From NCBI GenBank assembly GCA_965222155.1, contig CBDCTH010000012.1, positions 960,001-1,024,000 on the forward strand: 64,000 nt of DNA, in the 5' to 3' direction. Below, in pieces: positions 50,104 to 59,057 of this stretch (position 1 is its first letter; every line of letters begins with the position of its first letter). This DNA is from Gammaproteobacteria bacterium. Lineage in GTDB: Bacteria > Pseudomonadota > Gammaproteobacteria > Eutrophobiales > Eutrophobiaceae. A model generated the notes under the pieces. It saw nothing but the letters and a program-made list of their open reading frames with translations, was not told the DNA's origin and searched no databases. The position numbers were made by a program, and so were the translations under genes.

Positions 50104-51627
50104 CTATATCAGGTTACTCGACTTTGCATTTGTGACGATATTGCTGCTTACATGTGATGCCCAGGCAGCGATGCTGAGACTTGGAGGGACGCCCAGGGGC
50201 TGAGGAAAGACGGCGGCATCGGTTATATAGAGTCCCGGATGCCCATGTACTTCACCAAAGCCATTGACCACGCCTGATTGCGGATCATCATTTATGCGTG
50301 CGCCCCCCATAGGATGTGCGGTAAACACGGAGCGTTCATCAAATTTGAGTTTCCAGCCGGATTGCTGTTCCAGTGATCGGAAGGCCGCAAAGATGGCTTC
50401 ATAGGCAGGATCAGAATCAAAAGCATAGTTGATATTCAAACGACCGCCATTGTAACTTACGTTACCCTCGGCATTATCCTGGGCCATGGCGACCACCTGG
50501 TATGCGGAACCCGCTTTTCTGCGGACAGTTTTTGCCATAAACCCGGGTACCGGCGGTGGTTCGCCACCAACCAGCAAAAGATACATGTTCTCCTCATGTC
50601 CTTTTATCTTGATACGACCATGTGCGGGTGTACCCGGACAGCTGTCCCGTGGTGGTGTATCGTCGACCTGCCAGTCACCGATGCAGTCGCCATTGACACC
50701 GAAACCACGACCCAGGGCCGGCATAGGCTTGAGTTGCCCCTTTTCCCGGCTTGCCATGAGCAGGCGTAAAGTGTTCATGGTGCCTGCTGCCATGATCACA
50801 ATATCGGCGTTAAAGCTAACCCTGTTTCCTCTTTTCAGATCTTTGGCGTTGATTTGATATTCACCGGATTCCAAACGCTGGATATCGCTGACCTCGTGAC
50901 ACGCCTTAACGGTCAGGCCGCGTTTTAGAGCAGGCAGCAGGTAGAGCGCATCGACTGTCGACTTGGCGCCGCTGGGGCTACCAAACATGCCATGGTGCTG
51001 CTGGTAGTTAATTTTGCTACGCATGATGCCATTGCTATCTGTCTGCACCGGATCACCTTTGACGCCCGGATAGAGAAAACCCATTTGCGGTTTTTCTATA
51101 GCGTCGAGTTCGGTAAAGAAGGGTTTGCCCTGCCAGGCATGTTCGGTTGCGTTGGGTACATGGGCGCTGTCGCCCGGATTACTTGCCGCGAGTTCCTGAC
51201 GTGTCAGGCGATAATGTTCGCGCATCCCTGCATCAGACAGGCCCGTCGCACGCTGATCCCAAAACCCGGTGGGTGAATCTTCCATCACCGCTGCCCAGAT
51301 GTGGCTGCCACCCCCCACATTCGATGTGCATACCACCTTTACTTTGGGTGTAACAAAAATATCCAGGAAGCCGTTCTTGTTCAAAGTTAAACCGTTCCCG
51401 GGGCCGAAGGGCAGGTTGATTGATCGCAGCACGGACAACAAGCCGCCATGTCGGGGCAAAGGTTTACGTTCTTCGATACCTGCGTGCTTAACCGGTATGC
51501 TGTCACGCCAGGGGCCGCGTTCGAGCAAGGTCACGTCAATGCCGGCGTCGACCAGACGTGAGGCAGACACCGAGCCGCCAAATCCACTGCCGATAACCAC
51601 AGCACGCATTGGTTTGTTGCTACTCAT
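50104..51627 (-). CDS. GMC oxidoreductase, cholesterol oxidase-like
   Basis: VVIGSGFGGSV, LLERG, VGGGS, AAGTMNT, TAHPMGGA, GLYITDA. Confidence 0.85.
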   Translation of the reverse strand: MSSNKPMRAVVIGSGFGGSVSASRLVDAGIDVTLLERGPWRDSIPVKHAGIEERKPLPRHGGLLSVLRSINLPFGPGNGLTLNKNGFLDIFVTPKVKVVCTSNVGGGSHIWAAVMEDSPTGFWDQRATGLSDAGMREHYRLTRQELAASNPGDSAHVPNATEHAWQGKPFFTELDAIEKPQMGFLYPGVKGDPVQTDSNGIMRSKINYQQHHGMFGSPSGAKSTVDALYLLPALKRGLTVKACHEVSDIQRLESGEYQINAKDLKRGNRVSFNADIVIMAAGTMNTLRLLMASREKGQLKPMPALGRGFGVNGDCIGDWQVDDTPPRDSCPGTPAHGRIKIKGHEENMYLLLVGGEPPPVPGFMAKTVRRKAGSAYQVVAMAQDNAEGNVSYNGGRLNINYAFDSDPAYEAIFAAFRSLEQQSGWKLKFDERSVFTAHPMGGARINDDPQSGVVNGFGEVHGHPGLYITDAAVFPQPLGVPPSLSIAAWASHVSSNIVTNAKSSNLI

Positions 51628-52720
51628 CAGTCTGCTCGCACGCTATATCCAACGCCATTACGTCGGCGGTATGTGGTGACTCCGGCATCGGCGATGGAAA
51701 ACGGATCACGGCGTTCCGCAGGGAAGGGCGTTGATAAAGCCGGCGCGTGTATTCTTCGACTCTTGGCAGATTTTTCCACAGCAATGACAGGCCCAGCCAA
51801 TGCATACGGTACAGGCTGACTCCCCAGGTCAGATCCGCCAGGGTAAGCGCCGATCCACAAACCCAGGGGCCTTCATGGCCGGATAGCTGTTCGTTCAGGC
51901 CGTTAATGATATCCTGCGTCCGGGTACGAATCACATTCTGGAACCCGGCGTCATGTTGTAGCTTCTTGCCACCCTGTTCTTTGGAAATCTTGGCGCGATA
52001 TGCCTCCACGACCCGGGGGTCATGGCCGTTGGCGGCGATCAGTTGTTCCAGGGCCTCTACCTTGAGATCGTAAACATCGCTCATAACACCCTTGATGAAG
52101 TCGGGGCGCTGATCATCATCGGGATGAAACCCGTACAATAGTGCGGGTTGCGGCGTTTGGTCCACAATCGAGATCTGACGCAGCACCGCTTCGGCGCCGG
52201 CGGGATTCTCAGGGATCAGCCGAACAGGGTCTGGCAGTTCCTGGTCCAGGTATTCGCAAATTCGCTTTGAATCGACTACCACGCGGCTGTTCGCGTGATC
52301 AACAAGCGTGGGTACCACGCAGGCATCGAAACCTTCGGTCTCCACCGACGATACTCCCCGGTGGCCTTCGGCCAATTCAACTCCCAGTTCTTTAGCCCCG
52401 TGTAAACGAAGCCGTACATAATGTGGCGAGTAGTTTTCAGCCGGAGTCAGTTCATCCGAATAGATGCCCCGACTGTTCAAGATCACCATTTCGTGTGAGA
52501 CGTAACCGACGCACTTCTCCGCAAGTACGGTGCGCACTTTCTGCGAACAAACGGATAAGCCCGCGTGGTATAACTCAAAACGAATAGGCTCAGCGCCGTC
52601 TCCCGGAACAATGTAGTTTCGTTGCGGGTCCGTAAGCTCGGCGTTAAGCGCCGAGACCAAAGAAGCCAGGACATCTGATTCCGGTTTCATTAAGCGGTAA
52701 ACTTGCTCATTGTTGCCCAT
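51620..52720 (-). CDS. linD: Glutathione S-transferase, LinD-like (halohydroquinone reductive dehalogenase)
   Basis: RFELYH..SVCSQKVR, ENY.P.YVRLRL, SSVETEGFD..VVPTLVDH, ALLYG, TLADL.W.VSLYR..WLG; colinear with Sphingobium LinD as recalled; start after GGAGG. Confidence 0.75.
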   Translation of the reverse strand: MGNNEQVYRLMKPESDVLASLVSALNAELTDPQRNYIVPGDGAEPIRFELYHAGLSVCSQKVRTVLAEKCVGYVSHEMVILNSRGIYSDELTPAENYSPHYVRLRLHGAKELGVELAEGHRGVSSVETEGFDACVVPTLVDHANSRVVVDSKRICEYLDQELPDPVRLIPENPAGAEAVLRQISIVDQTPQPALLYGFHPDDDQRPDFIKGVMSDVYDLKVEALEQLIAANGHDPRVVEAYRAKISKEQGGKKLQHDAGFQNVIRTRTQDIINGLNEQLSGHEGPWVCGSALTLADLTWGVSLYRMHWLGLSLLWKNLPRVEEYTRRLYQRPSLRNAVIRFPSPMPESPHTADVMALDIACEQTDE

Positions 52721-52966
52721 TAATGCCTCCTGATTATAGTCGAATTGCCACCCAGTCCCAGTGGTGCACTGAAAAAATAATGTAATATCGTTGAAAAAGC
52801 CAGAGGCGATAGACAGATCCAATAATATATACCCCTTCTTTTGCGTCTGTCGTATCATTATATTATTGCAAGAGCATTCACAACGCATCTAAAGCAAACC
52901 ATGGGTGATGTGCAGGTAGCCCTACCAGGAATAGTTTGAGACTCGTGAGTTAAAAGAAACAGAATA

Positions 52967-53057
52967 GGAGAGATGGCCGAGTGGCTTAAGGCGCACGCCT
53001 GGAAAGTGTGTATACGTTAATAGCGTATCGAGGGTTCGAATCCCTCTCTCTCCGCCA
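52967..53057 (+). tRNA. tRNA-Ser(GGA)
   Basis: ggagaga/tctctcc acceptor stem, anticodon arm cacgc-ctGGAaa-gtgtg, long variable arm, ggttcgaatcc, CCA end. Confidence 0.97.
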
Positions 53058-53246
53058 AAGCCGTTCGGATTTTTTGCTGAGATACTTTGTAACTTACTAA
53101 TACATCAAAATATACAGGTATATTTTATACTGATATTTTTACTTATCTGTGGGTATAACACGCCAATGGTTGCGTCAGACTGTGGATGAGTCTGAAATAT
53201 CGCACCTGTGGTGAGCGAGAGTTTCTTGGGGAACCGCGGTCCTGTC

Positions 53247-53310
53247 TGTTACATTTCGGTACATTTTAGGTTGTTTTCCTGCGCATAACGGTGTATGTTA
53301 CATTTCGGTA
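53247..53310. promoter_or_regulatory. Tandem operators upstream of hipBA
   Basis: tgttacatttcggta at 53247-53261 and 53296-53310. Confidence 0.6.
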
Positions 53311-53329
53311 AAAATACAGGGGCGTCACT

Positions 53330-53632
53330 ATGCACTCGCAACAGAACACCAACCCACTTTGTCCACCTTTTGGCAAGGTGCGCACCACCAAAGATCTGGG
53401 CGCACTGGCCAGGGCGATGAGAAACAGACAGAATCTGACCTTGAAAGAAGTGTACGAGGTGTCGAACTTATCCACACGGTTCCTGTCTGAGTTTGAGCGG
53501 GGCAAGCCCAATGCTTCATTACGCCGGGTCATGGAAGCGTTGCAAATTCTGGGACTGGAAATGGTGGTCCTGCCGCGCAGTGAGGCAACGCACCTCCTGA
53601 ATCTCATGCGTGTGCGCAACAGGGGGGGCTGA
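53330..53632 (+). CDS. hipB: HipB-like XRE antitoxin
   Basis: DLGALARAMR..QNLT...STRFLSEFERGKP; directly upstream of hipA. Confidence 0.82.
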   Translation: MHSQQNTNPLCPPFGKVRTTKDLGALARAMRNRQNLTLKEVYEVSNLSTRFLSEFERGKPNASLRRVMEALQILGLEMVVLPRSEATHLLNLMRVRNRGG

Positions 53633-53636
53633 TTAA

Positions 53637-54995
53637 GTGGCCGGCAAGACAGGTAATGTCTGGTTCGGCAACCGGCTTGTGGGGCGCATACGTGAAGATG
53701 ACGGTAGCAACGTGCGCTTCGCCTATAATCCGGGCTGGCTTGACGGCGCCGGGTTTCCGATTTCCATCAGCCTTCCCTTGTCAAACGAAGATGAAGAGGT
53801 GAATGCGCATGAATGGTTTGTGGGCCTGTTGCCGGAGGGTGATGCGCTCTTGCAGGCGTGCCGGTTGAACGCCGTCAGGCAGTCAGACCGTATGGGCATG
53901 CTGCTGGCTTGTGGCGCTGACTGTGCGGGGGCGCTGAGCATTCTTCCGTTAGATGAATCGCCGGCGGCACAAGAAGAGTCATCACGGGAACTGACAGTCG
54001 AGGAGTTAATCAGTCTGGTTAACTCATCAGGGCATAATGTGCCGACATTCCCAAGTGGTGGGATTCGTTTCTCGCTGTCGGGCGCACAACGGAAGATGGC
54101 AGTCATTTATGACAGCGGGACATATTCATTGTCCACGCGTACAAATCCATCCAGCCATATCCTGAAATTTGAGACTGTAGCAGGTGTTTGTTTTGCCGAA
54201 AGTATCACTCACACCATCGCCAGGGAAACAGGACTGCCCGTCGTGTCGCCCCGTTTTATGCAAAACTGTGACGGGGACGAACAGACCCCTTGGTTGCGTA
54301 TCCCCCGATATGACCGAACCCGGGATAAAGACGGCGCCTTGATCCGGGTGCATCAGGAGGACATGCTGCAGGCTCTGGAACTACTTCCCCTATACAAATA
54401 CCAGAGCGATGGGGGGCCGTCCATCAGGGGTATCGCGGATCTGCTGCGGGCACACGTGATGAGTCCGGTGAAGGACCTGGCGGCACTGGCCGACTGGCAG
54501 ATAATTAACGCATTGCTGGGTAACTGGGACGGTCACGCCAAGAACCTGTCACTGCTGTACCCGCCAGGGCAATCCGCACCGGTGCTGGCGCCGTGCTATG
54601 ACATGGTATCCATTGAGTATCTGAATTATGTGAATCGAGACAGCGATAACTGGTCACGGGACATGGGGCTTGCAGTCGGTGAGCACGTCAGCCCAGAGAG
54701 CATCACCCGTGCGGACTGGGAGCAGATGGCCGGCGATCTTGGCAGGCCGACAAAAACGGTACTGGCGCGTCTTGAGGAGAAGGCCAGCGTATTGCCTGAC
54801 GTGACGGACCGGGTTCTCACAGGGTTCATGGAACAGTATGGCGCTAAAGACGACTACGAGCAAATGAACAACGTGGTCAACACGCGTTGCCGCCAAGTGT
54901 TGGATTCGGTATTCCAGCGCGACGTGGAGAAGTCTACCAGATACAAAGCTGCTGAGAATAACACCGATAAAACGTCACAGCAGTCCCGTCCTTGA
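53637..54995 (+). CDS. hipA: HipA-family kinase toxin
   Basis: PISISLPL, GLLPEG, FSLSGAQRK, HQEDMLQAL, GNWDGHAKNLS, LAPCYD. Confidence 0.92.
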   Translation: MAGKTGNVWFGNRLVGRIREDDGSNVRFAYNPGWLDGAGFPISISLPLSNEDEEVNAHEWFVGLLPEGDALLQACRLNAVRQSDRMGMLLACGADCAGALSILPLDESPAAQEESSRELTVEELISLVNSSGHNVPTFPSGGIRFSLSGAQRKMAVIYDSGTYSLSTRTNPSSHILKFETVAGVCFAESITHTIARETGLPVVSPRFMQNCDGDEQTPWLRIPRYDRTRDKDGALIRVHQEDMLQALELLPLYKYQSDGGPSIRGIADLLRAHVMSPVKDLAALADWQIINALLGNWDGHAKNLSLLYPPGQSAPVLAPCYDMVSIEYLNYVNRDSDNWSRDMGLAVGEHVSPESITRADWEQMAGDLGRPTKTVLARLEEKASVLPDVTDRVLTGFMEQYGAKDDYEQMNNVVNTRCRQVLDSVFQRDVEKSTRYKAAENNTDKTSQQSRP

Positions 54996-55319
54996 AAACG
55001 ACTGCAACATCTGACCGTGTGATGCCGCCTAGGATGGGCGATGGCATCGTGATGCAGGTGCATCCTGTACATTCCATTATTGTGGAACACCTAGCTGTTT
55101 TTTTCATATATACGCTGGATGATCCATTGAATAACTCTATTCTAATAAGAATAGACCTGTTTTCATAACTGATTGAATAACATAGATTATTAAAAATAAC
55201 TGGAATGCTGGCTGATTATTTTTTGTACAAAATATCAGCAAATAATCCGAACGGCTTGCTATTTAACATAACGAATCTACGCTACCTTGGCAGCCTTTTT
55301 ATACCGGTTTTCGATCCAG

Positions 55320-55991
55320 ATGTGGAGAAACATTCATTTGAAGATAGGCCAGTCCTGTATCATTGCTGGACTCTTTACTTTATTTATCATGGTGGCGACT
55401 AGTGCAACTGCGGAGAGAGTCAAATACACGATTGTAGACGAGAAAATCTACGATATACCGATCAAAACCCAGATTGAGCAACACATCGTAGTGTCAGGCA
55501 TTCCGACCAAAGAAGAACTCGAAATTGCGCTTCAGAAATTCTATAGCACAGCCATAGCACGCCGTGGCTTTCGTTATCACGATCGGGCAACCAATGTGTA
55601 CATTTACATTTATGGAACTCGGCAACAAGCAGAGGCAGGCCAAGCTCTTTGGGTCGGAATGCTCGCCATACCTTCAATTGACAAAGATAATCCTCGGATA
55701 ACTGTAAATGAGGACAGGTTAGCCGCTCTTGTACAGGTGCCCGAGGAGCGCTTTGGCCTCTCCGAACAAAGTCGTAAGCAGGTGAATCTTGCCTTGGGAC
55801 TTGCGGCGGACAGATCAATGCGTAACGCCATGGAGCGTATTCCAGATTCGCAATACATGGAACAAATTGAACTTGAGCGTGAACTCCTAGACCAATATAG
55901 AGCGAAAATATTGAAAAAATACGGGCTAACCTCCAAGCAACTCAATGAGATTTCACTAGAAGGGCATAGAAAAGGATGGGTGTCTAGATAA
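55320..55991 (+). CDS. Hypothetical exported protein
   Basis: About 223 aa with N-terminal hydrophobic segment, after an AT-rich intergenic tract. Confidence 0.65.
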   Translation: MWRNIHLKIGQSCIIAGLFTLFIMVATSATAERVKYTIVDEKIYDIPIKTQIEQHIVVSGIPTKEELEIALQKFYSTAIARRGFRYHDRATNVYIYIYGTRQQAEAGQALWVGMLAIPSIDKDNPRITVNEDRLAALVQVPEERFGLSEQSRKQVNLALGLAADRSMRNAMERIPDSQYMEQIELERELLDQYRAKILKKYGLTSKQLNEISLEGHRKGWVSR

Positions 55992-56278
55992 AGGGATTCA
56001 CGATGTCATTTTTCCTAGCGAGCTATAGTAGCGGTCAGCGTTTGCGTGATTTGCTGATTCACTGAGCGTATTTTCCGTAAGGTCCGCACCTGATTGTACA
56101 TTCGCTGGTTGCGGAATGGACGAAAGCGGCGAACCGAGTCTGATTAGTCACAGGGCAGTAATATCACTTATCATTTAACAGGCTAAAATGATAACCGCCT
56201 CTTTATGGGTTGTAAGTATTGCTTTAACCTGATATATATAGTATGATTTTATGAAACCGTAATTCATACGAGGAAATC

Positions 56279-56494
56279 ATGCGTATCTCCGAACGAGGGC
56301 AAATCACCATCCCCAAGCAGTTAAGAGACCGCTTTGGCATGGGTTGTAACGTCGAGGTCGAGATTACTCCAACCGACGACGGACTGATCATTAGGAAACG
56401 GACAGCTTCGAAGCACCCGATAGAACGAGTGTACGCTATCCTGGGCTGCAGCGGAAACACCGACGATTACATTGAAGATATCCGTGGAAGGTGA
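56279..56494 (+). CDS. vapB: AbrB/MazE-type antitoxin
   Basis: MRISERGQITIPKQLRDRFG; upstream palindrome gtatga...tcatac. Confidence 0.88.
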   Translation: MRISERGQITIPKQLRDRFGMGCNVEVEITPTDDGLIIRKRTASKHPIERVYAILGCSGNTDDYIEDIRGR

Positions 56495-56886
56495 TCAGCG
56501 CCGTTGACACGAGCGTTCTGCTTGATGTGTTTCTTCCGGACGAGCGTCACGGTCCCAAGTCTAAAGAATGGCTTCGTGACGCCTATGATCGCGGTGCAAT
56601 TCTCGTCTGCGATGTGGTCTATGCGGAATTGGTACCGGCCTTCAATGATCGCCGCAGACTCGACGAGGCATTGCGAGAGATCAACGTGACCATCTCCCCA
56701 ATCGATACCGCCATCGCTTATGAGGCCGGATCGCGCTGGTTGCGATACCGTCAAGCCGGCGGACCGAGGAAGCGGATTATTTCCGACTTCCTCATCGGCG
56801 CCCATGCCACTGCTCAGGCTGATACTTTTCTTACCCGAGACCGGGGTTTCTATGCAACCTACTTCCCGGAGTTGGGGGGATTCTGA
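56491..56886 (+). CDS. vapC: PIN-domain toxin
   Basis: AVDTSVLLD, VYAEL, ISDFLIGAHA, FLTRDRGFY. Confidence 0.9.
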   Translation: MISAVDTSVLLDVFLPDERHGPKSKEWLRDAYDRGAILVCDVVYAELVPAFNDRRRLDEALREINVTISPIDTAIAYEAGSRWLRYRQAGGPRKRIISDFLIGAHATAQADTFLTRDRGFYATYFPELGGF

Positions 56887-56899
56887 TATGGTTTGATCC

Positions 56900-58459
56900 A
56901 TGCGCTTTTATGCCGACCTTCATATCCACTCAAAATATTCCCGCGCGACCAGCAAGGATTGTGACCTGGAGCATTTAAGCCTCTGGGGGCGTAAAAAAGG
57001 TATCACCGTTATCGGCACGGGTGACTTTACCCATCCGGCCTGGTTCAGCGAATTAAAGGAAAAACTGGTTCCGGCTGAACCGGGCCTGTTTCGCTTGCGC
57101 GATGATATTGAAAAAGAAGTAGTGGCGAAATTACCGGGAAGTTGTCATGGCACAACCCGTTTTATGTTGTCGGTCGAGATATCTACCATATACAAAAAAG
57201 GTGACAAGACACGCAAGATCCATCACCTGATCTATGCGCCGAGCCTAAAGCAAGCAGAGTTTATTAACCGGAAACTCGACCGCATCGGTAATATCAAATC
57301 AGACGGGCGTCCCATCCTGGGCCTGAATTCCCGTCATTTATTAGAGATTGTGTTAGAGGCCGGTGAGGACTGTTACCTGGTGCCTGCCCATATCTGGACT
57401 CCCTGGTTTGCCGTCCTGGGATCAAAGTCCGGGTTTGATTCCATCAGCGAATGTTACGGCGACCTGGCTGAGCATATCTTTGCCGTGGAGACCGGCCTGT
57501 CGTCCGACCCGGAGATGAACTGGCGTATTTCCGATCTTGATCGCTATCGTCTGGTCTCCAACTCGGATGCTCATTCCCCGGCCAAGCTGGGACGAGAGGC
57601 TTGTATGTTCACAACCGACCTGGATTATTTTTCCATGCAGCACGCCCTGGAGACGGGTAACGGTTACGACGGCACCGCGGAATTCTTCCCCGAAGAAGGC
57701 AAGTACCACCTGGATGGGCATCGCAAGTGCAAAGTGCGCCTGTCTCCCGAAGAGAGTCGTATACTCGATGGTATCTGTCCCGTGTGCAACAAGCCGTTGA
57801 CCCTGGGCGTGATGCACCGCGTACAGGAGTTGGCTGATCGAACAGGGGAGGAAAAGCCGGAAAATACCGATCCCTTTGTTAGCCTGGTTCCCTTACCGGA
57901 GGTGATTGCCGAGACGGAGGGCGTTGATCCGAACAGTAAAAAGGTAGCAAAAGAATACGAGCAGTTGTTATACACGGAGTATGCGGCGTGGTTGTCGGCA
58001 GAGACTGGGAAGCGCTACCGCCTGCCGACGGAGGCGGAGTGGGAGTATGCGGTGCGTGCGGGCTCCACCACGAAGTACCACTTCGGGAATGACGAGGCAC
58101 AACTGTGCCAGTATGGCAATCACGCGGACACCAGTACAAACTATGAGTGGCGGAATACGGCTTGTTCTGATGATATGGGTGAACGCACTGCCGAGGTGGG
58201 GCGATACCGGTCGAATGCATTTGGTCTTTACGACATGGAGGGTAACGTGTATGAATGGGTGCAGGATTGCTGGAAGAACAGTTATGTGGGCGCGCCGGCT
58301 GATGGTCGTGCCTGGACCAGTGGCGACTGTGGCCTGCGCGTGGTTCGGGGTGGCGCCTGGGGTTACGGACCGTCGCTTTTGCGTTCCGCCTCCCGTCACG
58401 CGCTCCCTCGCTGGGGCAGCGACTCCTACCTGGGCTTTCGTCTGATCCAGGACTTGTAG
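56900..58459 (+). CDS. Chimeric ORF: endonuclease Q (PHP, TIGR00375-like) N-terminus fused in frame to the C-terminal half of an FGE-sulfatase (CLec) domain
   Basis: ADLHIHSKYSRATS, GTGDFTHP, PAHIWTPW, SNSDAHS, GKYHLDGHRKC; then from about 57975 YAAWLS..TGKRYRLPTEAEWEYA, NAFGLYDMEGNVYEW, RVVRGGAW, LGFRL. Confidence 0.85.
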   Translation: MRFYADLHIHSKYSRATSKDCDLEHLSLWGRKKGITVIGTGDFTHPAWFSELKEKLVPAEPGLFRLRDDIEKEVVAKLPGSCHGTTRFMLSVEISTIYKKGDKTRKIHHLIYAPSLKQAEFINRKLDRIGNIKSDGRPILGLNSRHLLEIVLEAGEDCYLVPAHIWTPWFAVLGSKSGFDSISECYGDLAEHIFAVETGLSSDPEMNWRISDLDRYRLVSNSDAHSPAKLGREACMFTTDLDYFSMQHALETGNGYDGTAEFFPEEGKYHLDGHRKCKVRLSPEESRILDGICPVCNKPLTLGVMHRVQELADRTGEEKPENTDPFVSLVPLPEVIAETEGVDPNSKKVAKEYEQLLYTEYAAWLSAETGKRYRLPTEAEWEYAVRAGSTTKYHFGNDEAQLCQYGNHADTSTNYEWRNTACSDDMGERTAEVGRYRSNAFGLYDMEGNVYEWVQDCWKNSYVGAPADGRAWTSGDCGLRVVRGGAWGYGPSLLRSASRHALPRWGSDSYLGFRLIQDL

Positions 58460-58554
58460 AATGAGAGCAGGACATGAGTGGTAAAATTGATAAAGACGGG
58501 CAGTTCCCCGCTGGGAAGGATGGACCCGGAAGATGCCGTTACCCCGGCGAAATT
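58460..58554 (+). pseudogene. Internally deleted duplicate of the selenoprotein gene
   Basis: Matches 41752-41801 joined to 42163-42217 across gcagtt(t)ccc. Confidence 0.85.
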
Positions 58555-58798
58555 CCCCGGCATCCGCAACGTGTTGTGCTATCTGCCGCTGAACTGGCAA
58601 TCGATGAAGGAGATCACGGACGACTACATGTTCCTGGGTAACGAAGTGGTCTTCGACGATCTCGACGCGCTCAACCAGGCCCTGGCCTCGGACGTAATGC
58701 GGGAGGTGCAAGCAGACAGCGAACAGTTCGCCGTATTCGGCTACAGCACCCACCATGCCATGCAGCGGAGCTTGGTTTACACCCGCGACGACCGGTAG
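58555..58798 (+). pseudogene. C-terminal fragment of an EthD-like protein
   Basis: FPGIRNV...EVVFDDLDALNQALASDVMREVQAD...HHAM. Confidence 0.55.
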
Positions 58799-59003
58799 CG
58801 CCGCCACAACGCGCCGCCGACCCGGCAAACTGAAAAAGAAAATCGCGGCATCAAGAGGTATGAAATCCTGCCCTCGGCATCCTTGGCTTTGACCTGGAAC
58901 TGGTTGTGGACAGAGAAGCCGGAGTACACTGATAGTTGTAAGATAAACATGTAAGGCAGAACGGTATGGATAAAGAAAAACTCAAAGCGCTTCAGGAGGT
59001 GGC

Positions 59004-59053
59004 TCAATTCGGATAAATTGACTTGATTATTCAAATTATCATGATAAATTGAA
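59004..59053. promoter_or_regulatory. Paired palindromic operators upstream of DUF4143 ATPase copy 3
   Basis: gataaattga at 59012 and 59043 (31-bp period); tcaatt-N6-aattga and ttcaaattatcatgataaattgaa. Confidence 0.55.
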
Positions 59054-59057
59054 TTTT

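Noticed and set aside
44688-56886. Integron cassette array or prophage
   Set aside because: No intI, no convincing attC sites, mixed gene orientations, and no phage structural genes or integrase.
57975-58459. Complete diversity-generating retroelement
   Set aside because: No reverse transcriptase, Avd or template repeat found in the window.
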